NCBI GenBank assembly: GCA_005191425.1
Contig: SUPR01000164.1
Location: 1 to 5,833 of the forward strand
DNA length: 5,833 nt
Source of the DNA: Candidatus Helarchaeota ASGARD archaeon Hel_GB_B
GTDB lineage: Archaea > Asgardarchaeota > Lokiarchaeia > Helarchaeales > HEL-GB-B
Reading direction: 5' to 3'
The first letter of the stretch is position 1. Every line of letters starts with the position of its first letter. The notes beneath the pieces were generated by a model. That model ran no database searches. It was not told the origin of the DNA and saw only the letters and a list, made by a program, of their open reading frames with translations. Below, one piece after another: positions 1-5,833 of this stretch. The translations under genes and the position numbers were made by a program.

Positions 1-327
1 TAAATTTCTTAAATTTTTTTTCTGAAATTAATAAAGAATTCTTGACATATAATGGTTTGGAAAAGTTAAATTTTTCTATTTTCTATATAAGATATATTAT
101 AAATGTAAAATAATAATAATAAATAATTATACGCGCCTTAATTTATATAGCACTAAATTTGTTAAATTCTTTCTAAAACATATCTATAATTTGTTATATT
201 TTTTATTTAAATTGACGAAATTATCAAAATTTAATAAAATATCTTTTCTTAACTTTTTAGTAAATGAATTATAAACATTAAACGCATAAGTTATGAAAAA
301 TAAATGCAAGCGATTTAAAAAATAATG

Positions 328-335
328 TTATAAAT
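328..335 (+). promoter_or_regulatory. Possible TATA box of the oxidoreductase gene
   Basis: TTATAAAT preceded by an A-rich stretch, about 40 nt upstream of ATG 377. Weak, because TATA-like words are frequent in this AT-rich flank. Confidence 0.25.
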
Positions 336-376
336 AATGAGAATTAAAATTTTAATTAAACAATTCAATTTATCTA

Positions 377-1819
377 ATGGCGGAAATTATAATGAATGAA
401 AAAATTGACGCTATAATAATTGGTGGGGGAATTGGTGGGACAGCAATTGGAGCACTGCTTTCATATGATGGTTTTAAGATAAAATTATTTGAGAAAAACA
501 AATTAATAGGTGGCAGATGTTTAACATATGACTATAAGGGATTTAAAGTTGATTTGGGTGTGCATTTATTTGGTGTTGGTAGTAAAGGATATCTAGGGGA
601 TGTATTAAGAAAAGTTGAGAAACCTGATGTTATTGAATGGGTTATTTCAAACAATCCAAGGCCCACAATGTATTATAATAAAGAATTTCTCATATATTCG
701 AGAGCAAATATGAGTAAAGTCGTGGGTGCTAATAAAGAAGAATTAGAATTAACAATGAAATTTTTTGGAGATATTATTTCGATGCGAAACAAGAAAATTA
801 ATGAACTATATTATACAGGGTTGACTGATTTTATTAATACATACTCAACTAATCCAATATTACATACATTCATTGATATGATTTCTGCACAATATTTTTG
901 TACATATCCAGATGAAACTTCTGCGGGGGAATTTATTAGATGTTTTCGACAGGTAATAAATTCCAAATCTTCAGCTTATCCGATTGGCGGTTGTATAGCT
1001 ATTCCAAAAGCTTATCAATTGAGTATTGAAGAAAACGGTGGTGAAATATATCTGAATTCACCAGTTAAAAAAATTATTGTTGAAGATAATAAAGCCATAG
1101 GGGTAGAACTTAAAGATGGCTCTACATATTATTCGGATATAATTATAAGTAATGCCGATATTCAAAATACGTTCTTTAATTTAGTTGGTAAGCAAGAGTT
1201 TCCAAAAGAATACCAAGAAAAAATAAAAGGACTAAAATATGCAAATTATTGTCTCGCCTTGAAGGTAGGACTTGATACACCAATTACTGATCAAAAACTT
1301 ATTATGGCAATTGGGAATGCGGATTATAGTAAACTAAAAGAAATGAGCAAATCTTTAGAACATGGAGAAATTCCAGAGCAGGTTGGGGGCATGATTACAA
1401 TACCTTCCAATTATGACCCTAATTTGGCACCTAAGGGCACTCAAATGATTTTTTATGGAACTGGATGTCTTGGTGGACAATCACAATCTTATTATGATAA
1501 ATTAAGTGAGAAATGTTGGGAATCATTTTTAGAAATATTTCCTAATGCTGATAAAAATTTATTATGGAAAAAAACGGACACACCAAAATTAGTCGAATAT
1601 TATGCTGGAGAATATGGAAATATTATTGGAGTTGCTCAGACTATTGACCAAATTCATGAGAAAAGACCAAAACAACAAACTCCAATTGAAGGACTTTACA
1701 TTGTAGGAGCAGAAGCAGGAGGCCATGGTATTGGTGCTGAATTAGCTGCAAATTCAGCAATTGAATTATACCGCATATTAACAAATTTAAAAAAGAAATT
1801 AAAAGTTCCAATTAATTAA
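377..1819 (+). CDS. NAD(P)/FAD-dependent oxidoreductase, phytoene desaturase (CrtI/COG1233)-like family, 480 aa; substrate unknown
   Basis: N-terminal dinucleotide-binding motif IIIGGGIGG (GGGIGG at 422-439), followed by FEKNKLIGGR and DLGVH. Mid-protein VKKIIVEDNKAIGVEL...IISNAD and C-terminal TPIEGLYIVGAEAGGHGIG are typical of this family. Uninterrupted frame ending TAA. Alternative start ATG at 392 (MNEK). Confidence 0.85.
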   Translation: MAEIIMNEKIDAIIIGGGIGGTAIGALLSYDGFKIKLFEKNKLIGGRCLTYDYKGFKVDLGVHLFGVGSKGYLGDVLRKVEKPDVIEWVISNNPRPTMYYNKEFLIYSRANMSKVVGANKEELELTMKFFGDIISMRNKKINELYYTGLTDFINTYSTNPILHTFIDMISAQYFCTYPDETSAGEFIRCFRQVINSKSSAYPIGGCIAIPKAYQLSIEENGGEIYLNSPVKKIIVEDNKAIGVELKDGSTYYSDIIISNADIQNTFFNLVGKQEFPKEYQEKIKGLKYANYCLALKVGLDTPITDQKLIMAIGNADYSKLKEMSKSLEHGEIPEQVGGMITIPSNYDPNLAPKGTQMIFYGTGCLGGQSQSYYDKLSEKCWESFLEIFPNADKNLLWKKTDTPKLVEYYAGEYGNIIGVAQTIDQIHEKRPKQQTPIEGLYIVGAEAGGHGIGAELAANSAIELYRILTNLKKKLKVPIN

Positions 1820-1842
1820 TTTTTAACTCTTTTTTTCATTTT
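1820..1842 (+). terminator. Archaeal-type oligo-T terminator of the oxidoreductase gene
   Basis: TTTTTAACTCTTTTTTTCATTTT directly follows the TAA at 1817-1819 (T5 at 1820-1824, T7 at 1830-1836). No hairpin seen. T-runs are common at this AT content. Confidence 0.45.
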
Positions 1843-2113
1843 AATAGTCTAAAGTAATATTATTTACAATTTTAGAATTTCTACCCATTCCTATAGAAAT
1901 AATTTTTGAACTGTCAATCTTATCATTTAATAGTGCAGTATGGTCTATATTTAAATAAATTCCGCTTAACATTTCTTCATAATTTAGTCCAAGTTTTTCT
2001 GGAGTAATTCGCTCTCCTTTTGGGTAAATATAATCAAAATTTTCGTTCATATAAGTTTGTTTTTTAGACCAATCAGGAATCTTTAGACCAAGTGTCTGAG
2101 CAGGAGATGGCAA
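1841..2113 (-). CDS. C-terminal segment (90 aa) of the interrupted 3022->1841 gene; unlikely to be an independent gene
   Basis: The TTG 'start' at 2113 is an internal Leu codon, in frame with and 20 sense codons downstream of the TGA at 2174-2176. Confidence 0.3.
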   Translation of the reverse strand: MPSPAQTLGLKIPDWSKKQTYMNENFDYIYPKGERITPEKLGLNYEEMLSGIYLNIDHTALLNDKIDSSKIISIGMGRNSKIVNNITLDY

Positions 2114-2173
2114 CCCTTCTTCAAGCTTTTTATACCATAATTTCTCAATAGTTTCAGGAAGTGTTTTAATAAA

Positions 2174-2914
2174 TCAATCGCCAGGATTATTATAAATACC
2201 TGGAAATTGCATCTGATGAATGTATAGTTTATAATTTGAACTAAGTCCACATAATCTTAAAAGAAATGAATGCCTATCCATTTTTAATAATGTTTCAAGG
2301 AATGTGGGCGGATGATAAAAAGTCATATATCTATCCCACCCAATTCGATCAATATTTATACCATCCCATATATAATCTAATACTTCATAATTAGATTGCT
2401 CTAGACCAGTATTATATACACCACCTGCTTGGACCATAACGGTATAATAATCGCTTTTATTCCATTTTGGAGATCTCTCGTTCCTTATATCTCTCAATAT
2501 ATCAATTAAAAGTGCACCACATTTTTTTAAATTTTTGGTTTTCTTAGATATATCTCGAATTTTATACCCAAATTTTGAATGTTTTCTATTTAATAATTCA
2601 TCATCATGTCCAATTAAGAACCAACTCATAGGAAGACCTTGTTCATTATGCGTATTAAGAATGAATGCAATTTCACTGGTTAAGTCGTCTATTACTACAA
2701 AAGAAATATCACATGAATTTCCAAAAAGCAATACATTAGTACCTTGTTGTAAATCCGTACGAATTGAAATTATTGGAATAGCTAAACTACAAGAAAAAAT
2801 TTGATCCGAAAATTTTATATTCCTATTAGTAATCTCTTTTGATGTTTGAATTGCGTTCTCTAATCGAATTTTCACTATTTCATAGAAATCTTGGACTGTT
2901 TCACGCATTGCCAT
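2174..2914 (-). CDS. Hypothetical protein, 246 aa; central segment of the interrupted 3022->1841 gene
   Basis: Longest stop-free piece of the frame, bounded by TAG 2927-2929 upstream and TGA 2174-2176 downstream. It has its own ATG, so it could be translated alone. Confidence 0.45.
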   Translation of the reverse strand: MAMRETVQDFYEIVKIRLENAIQTSKEITNRNIKFSDQIFSCSLAIPIISIRTDLQQGTNVLLFGNSCDISFVVIDDLTSEIAFILNTHNEQGLPMSWFLIGHDDELLNRKHSKFGYKIRDISKKTKNLKKCGALLIDILRDIRNERSPKWNKSDYYTVMVQAGGVYNTGLEQSNYEVLDYIWDGINIDRIGWDRYMTFYHPPTFLETLLKMDRHSFLLRLCGLSSNYKLYIHQMQFPGIYNNPGD

Positions 2915-3045
2915 TTTTAGATATTCCTAGCCGGATTCGTAAAGCGTCCTCATTAAATTTCTAGCCATAGGAAAATATTTTTTTGTCTTAAAATCGGGAA
3001 TATCACCATATGTATTTTTCATTTTTAAACCAAAATTTATTAATA

Positions 3046-3780
3046 TCAAATTAATCTTGACATTCTCTGTTCATATCTCTTTTTAAGGATTTTATGAAGT
3101 CCTAAATGCTCATTTTCTTTTGTAAATTTCATTTGTTTATCCGGCGATTTCTTAGAGAATGATTTTAAATATTTGATATATCGGTAATTAGCCATTAACT
3201 CCATTTGATAAAGAAGATATGACCTATATGACCAATTTGCAACAATAATTTTAAATAGAGAATCTATTTTGAAAAAAAAGCCAGAACTTTTTTCTTTTTT
3301 TATCTTAAAGAATTCTCGCCCTTTTGGATTGTAAAAATTTACATAACCTTCAAGAGAATTAATATAAAGTTCATAAGGTGTTATTTGGTCGGGATAATAT
3401 ACCACGTGTTGGACATCATATAATTCCCAATAGTGCGTAAAAATTCGGTCTTTCATTTCTTCGAATTGTGGTGTTCCAGGAAATGATGTTAATGGTATTA
3501 GTCCAATTGTATCGATTTTCTTATCCCTTGCAAAATTGACAGTTTCTTTAATAGTTTCTTTTGTTTCCCCTTCAAATCCAAATACAAAAAAGCCATTTAC
3601 ATAAATTTTATGGTCATGTATTTTTTCAATACAATTTTCAATACTATCAAGAGTCTGTCCTTTTTTCATTTTCTTTAATGAATCAGGATTAATTGATTCA
3701 AAACCAAAAGTACCAATAGCACAATTTGTTTTTTCCATTAATTCTAGCAATTCATTATCTTGTGAAACATCTGCCCTCAT
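3046..3780 (-). CDS. C-terminal fragment of the radical SAM gene (TIM-barrel remainder)
   Basis: Track ORF of 244 aa with GFES and FPGTP motifs. The frame stays open 31 codons upstream of its ATG, up to 3873 and into the homopolymer tract. Confidence 0.45.
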   Translation of the reverse strand: MRADVSQDNELLELMEKTNCAIGTFGFESINPDSLKKMKKGQTLDSIENCIEKIHDHKIYVNGFFVFGFEGETKETIKETVNFARDKKIDTIGLIPLTSFPGTPQFEEMKDRIFTHYWELYDVQHVVYYPDQITPYELYINSLEGYVNFYNPKGREFFKIKKEKSSGFFFKIDSLFKIIVANWSYRSYLLYQMELMANYRYIKYLKSFSKKSPDKQMKFTKENEHLGLHKILKKRYEQRMSRLI

Positions 3781-3871
3781 TTGAGAATGCCAAGCTTCGG
3801 GTACTAAATTGTTATCAATCAGAGCTGATAGTAGTTCCTTTAAATATCTCTTATTTCCAACAATATTATCG

Positions 3872-4429
3872 TTAAAAAAAACAAAATTTTTGGGATTTTT
3901 TCTTATTCGTTTTTAATTCATCTATAACACTCTCAATAGACCTATATCTAAATTTTTTACCAAAAGTCGGAGTAACACTACAGAAAGTACAATTGAATGG
4001 GCACCCTCTTGTAATTTGCATTGGATAAACATAAGAATTGATCATGGTTTCTTTAGTCTTAAACATTCCTTTTATAAGCTTCCAGTTAGGATATGGTAAC
4101 ATATCTAAATTTTCAATAAATGGGCATGTAGGATTGTGATATACCTCACCATTTTTCATATATGATAATCCTAAAATATCGTCAACAGAAATATTATTCT
4201 CTAAAGCTTCTACTAACTCTAAAAAAGTAAATTCATCTTCATTTCTGACTAAATAATCAGCATATTTTACTGCCTCATCAGTATTTAATGTAGCATATGT
4301 CCCACCCAACACTACAGGAATTTTTAACTGATTTTTAATTTGCTCAGACATTTGATATCCTCTTATAGCAGTAAGGGTCTGAATTGAAATCCCAACAAGA
4401 TCTGCACCTTGAATATCATTTATATTCAT
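3872..4429 (-). CDS. N-terminal fragment of the radical SAM gene (part of the B12-binding domain plus CxxxCxxC)
   Basis: Track ORF of 185 aa. Starts at an internal Met and ends at TTT TTT TAA, where the radical SAM fold is only partly encoded. Confidence 0.45.
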   Translation of the reverse strand: MNINDIQGADLVGISIQTLTAIRGYQMSEQIKNQLKIPVVLGGTYATLNTDEAVKYADYLVRNEDEFTFLELVEALENNISVDDILGLSYMKNGEVYHNPTCPFIENLDMLPYPNWKLIKGMFKTKETMINSYVYPMQITRGCPFNCTFCSVTPTFGKKFRYRSIESVIDELKTNKKKSQKFCFF

Positions 4430-4708
4430 TGGTTTACTCTTTTCCTCAAAAACTAAGACATTATAACCTTTTTTCCTTAATAATTCACCAATAATAAGAC
4501 AACCAAGATGTGGGAGCCTAAATCCACCTATTTGAAATGTGGAAAAATTAGCACTAAACCGATTTTAATCAGGTAAAATAAAAATAATATTTTTAATTTT
4601 TTTCATTTTTTTATCCCATTTTCCATTAAATTTAAAATTGAAATAACTATTCTGGGAATATCTTGACGAATTAACTATGTTAATAGTATTTACATTTTTG
4701 TTACAAGC

Positions 4709-4734
4709 TCTTTGTATTTCTCCTTTGTATTTCT
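4709..4734 (+). repeat. Tandem 13-bp direct repeat (T/C)CTTTGTATTTCT x2
   Basis: TCTTTGTATTTCT (4709-4721) is followed by CCTTTGTATTTCT (4722-4734); 12/13 identical. Confidence 0.75.
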
Positions 4735-5214
4735 ATTTGAAAAAATAATTTTTTCTTATTTATTTAATTTAGTGAAATTTCAGATGAATATTAAAAAGAT
4801 TTTAATAATTTCATAAAAAATAAAATAAACAAATTTTTTATAAGAAATCTATGGATACAAAACAAATAAATATTTCTTAATTATTGAAAAATGGCTGAAA
4901 TGCCGCTATAACCTAACTTCTTAGCAAGAGTTTTTCTATTTAATTTATAAGAATACTTTATGATCCCTCTATAAATGAGTTTATTAATTAATTTGTAATC
5001 CAATTATTTTAGTCTATCGAAATTCAACGATTGATTTGATATTAAAATTATTTATCCAAGAATTTCATTTCTATTTTAATTACGTAAATTATAAGACCCT
5101 AATCCAAAAAATGGCAATTATTGTTAATAAAATTTTATCAGTATCATAATAATGAAGATTTTAGATTATTTATAATATTTGTAATTTATCAAAAACTTGT
5201 AAAATACAAAGGAG
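4720..5214. repeat. 13-bp perfect inverted repeat pair CTCCTTTGTATTT (4720-4732) / AAATACAAAGGAG (5202-5214)
   Basis: Direct reading shows 5202-5214 is the exact reverse complement of 4720-4732. No target-site duplication seen on the flanks. Confidence 0.65.
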
Positions 5215-5400
5215 GAAGACTTATTTACTCTAAAATTCTATAGACCTTACTTGACTTAGTTTTATTATTATTAAATTAGGAATATAGATATAAAAAAGTT
5301 AAATTTTCAATGATAAAATGAATTAGAAAAATCTTTTTAATTTTTAAAAATAACATAATTATCTAAACAATTTTAAAATTAGTAATAAAATTTTTTTAAC

Positions 5401-5411
5401 GAGGAAGTGAT
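5401..5411 (+). promoter_or_regulatory. Putative Shine-Dalgarno element of the YbhB/YbcL gene
   Basis: GAGGAAGTGAT resembles the archaeal GGAGGTGAT consensus and ends 4 nt before TTG 5416. It is the only G-rich patch in the AT-rich 5' flank. Confidence 0.45.
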
Positions 5412-5415
5412 TAAT

Positions 5416-5833
5416 TTGAAATTAAAAAGTAATTCATTTGAACATGAAGGTTTGATCCCACCGAAATATACATGCGATGATATCGATATAAACCCACATC
5501 TTGTATGGGAAGATGTCCCTGATGGAACTAAAAGTTTTGCACTAATAGTAGATGACCCCGATGCACCAATGGGGACTTGGGTTCATTGGCTGGTCTGCGA
5601 TATTCCTGCAGATATTAGAGAAATTCCTGAAGATAATGTACCTGGAAGACAAATAAAAAATGATTTCGGAAAAAGAGATTATGGTGGACCTTGTCCGCCA
5701 AGTGGAACTCATAGATATTTCTTTAAATTGTATGCACTAGATGTTCAAGAATTGGAAAATGTAAATGAAAAGAATTTTTATGATCTCGTGGAAAAACATA
5801 AAATTGATGAAGCAATTCTTATGGGAAAATATA
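5416..5833 (+). CDS. YbhB/YbcL family Raf-kinase-inhibitor-like (PEBP) protein, 3'-truncated by the window end
   Basis: Manual translation from TTG 5416 (GTG 5407 is also in frame): LKLKSNSFEHEGLIPPKYTCDDIDINPHLVWEDVPDGTKSFALIVDDPDAPMGTWVHWLVCDIP...NDFGKRDYGGPCPPSGTHRYFFKLYALD...ILMGKY. Hallmark motifs DPDAP, WVHW, YGGPCPP and HRYFFKLYALD are present. No stop inside the window, so it is absent from the ORF track. Confidence 0.93.
   Translation, partial: MKLKSNSFEHEGLIPPKYTCDDIDINPHLVWEDVPDGTKSFALIVDDPDAPMGTWVHWLVCDIPADIREIPEDNVPGRQIKNDFGKRDYGGPCPPSGTHRYFFKLYALDVQELENVNEKNFYDLVEKHKIDEAILMGKY

Larger units (their letters stand above)
1841..3022 (-). pseudogene. Uncharacterised ~393-aa protein gene interrupted by in-frame TAG (codon 32) and TGA (codon 283); pseudogene or recoded gene
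   Basis: Manual translation gives one frame of 394 codons from ATG 3022 to TAA 1841-1843: MKNTYGDIPDFKTKKYFPMARNLMRTLYESG*EYLK-MAMRETVQ...PGIYNNPGD*FIKTLPETIEKLWYKKLEEG-LPSPAQTLG...NITLDY. It joins track ORFs 2174..2914 and 1841..2113, which share the frame and are separated by 20 sense codons. No family recognised. Confidence 0.75.
3046..4606 (-). pseudogene. Cobalamin (B12)-binding-domain radical SAM protein, ~519 aa reconstructed; disrupted by in-frame TAA and a +1 frame break
   Basis: ATG 4606: MKKIKNIIFILPD*(TAA 4565-4567)NRFSANFSTFQIGGFRLPHLGCLIIGELLRKKGYNVLVFEEKSKP, continuing in frame into the B12-binding region (ADLVGISIQT, VLGGTYAT). CxxxCxxC motif RGCPFNCTFC has its Cys codons within 3980-4003. 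After the frame break the +1 frame reads NDNIVGNKRYLKELLSALIDNNLVPEAWHSQ-MRADVS...GFESINPDSL...GFFVFG...FPGTP to TGA 3046-3048. 1561 nt minus one base = 520 codons. Confidence 0.85.

Noticed and set aside
41-53. CTTGACATATAAT resembling bacterial -35 (TTGACA) and -10 (TATAAT) boxes
   Set aside because: The two hexamers are directly adjacent rather than ~17 nt apart, and over 300 nt from the next start.
2174-2176. Confident selenocysteine call
   Set aside because: No CxxU/UxxC-like context and no SECIS that I could identify; the same gene also has a TAG. Kept only as an alternative hypothesis.
2535-2804. 89-aa plus-strand ORF in the track
   Set aside because: Lies wholly antisense to the longer minus-strand gene and has no recognisable motif; shadow ORF.
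1841-4606. Genome-wide stop codon reassignment (code 4, 15 or 25) as the single explanation
   Set aside because: TAA, TAG and TGA all interrupt frames, TAA also ends genes normally (1817-1819, 1841-1843), and TGG is the regular Trp codon. One reassignment cannot explain all sites or the frame break.
1841-4606. Diversity-generating retroelement mutagenesis as the cause of the lesions
   Set aside because: DGRs mutate adenines within a variable repeat. The inferred changes here are G/C->A/T, and no template/variable repeat pair or reverse transcriptase is visible.
4690-4695. Minus-strand ATG-TAA start-stop downstream of the GGAG-containing repeat
   Set aside because: About 25 nt from the GGAG, too far for a Shine-Dalgarno site; likely chance.
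61-5307. 14-bp direct match AAAAGTTAAATTTT at 61-74 and 5294-5307
   Set aside because: Nearly all A/T; a match of this length is plausible by chance between two very AT-rich spacers.
5369-5380. Palindrome AATTTTAAAATT, and the GAAAAAATAATTTTTTC inverted repeat at 4739-4755
   Set aside because: Short and homopolymeric; expected at this base composition.
4607-5415. CRISPR array, tRNA or protein-coding gene in the long spacer
   Set aside because: No regularly spaced repeat-spacer units or cloverleaf seen. The ORFs I noticed are tiny (MDTKQINIS at 4851, MAEMPL at 4891, MAIIVNKILSVS at 5111) and lack support.

Overview
Very AT-rich prokaryotic window. Gene content, oligo-T terminators and a GAGGAAGTGAT-type ribosome site suggest an archaeon, possibly Asgard/Lokiarchaeia-like; this is inference only. 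Two flanking + strand genes look intact: a phytoene-desaturase-like FAD oxidoreductase (377-1819) and a YbhB/YbcL (PEBP) gene starting at about 5416 that the ORF track missed because it runs off the window. The four minus-strand ORFs in the track are really two larger interrupted genes, 23 nt apart. One is a ~519-aa B12-binding radical SAM gene (4606->3046) broken by an in-frame TAA (4565-4567) and a +1 frame break at a homopolymer tract (~3872-3901). The other is a ~393-aa uncharacterised gene (3022->1841) with an in-frame TAG (2927-2929) and an in-frame TGA (2174-2176). All three stop codon types therefore interrupt one putative two-gene operon. The simplest reading is joint decay by GC->AT transitions; recoding/RNA editing and assembly error remain testable alternatives. 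The ~810-nt divergent spacer holds three copies of AAATACAAAG, two of which form a 13-bp inverted repeat spanning 495 bp.
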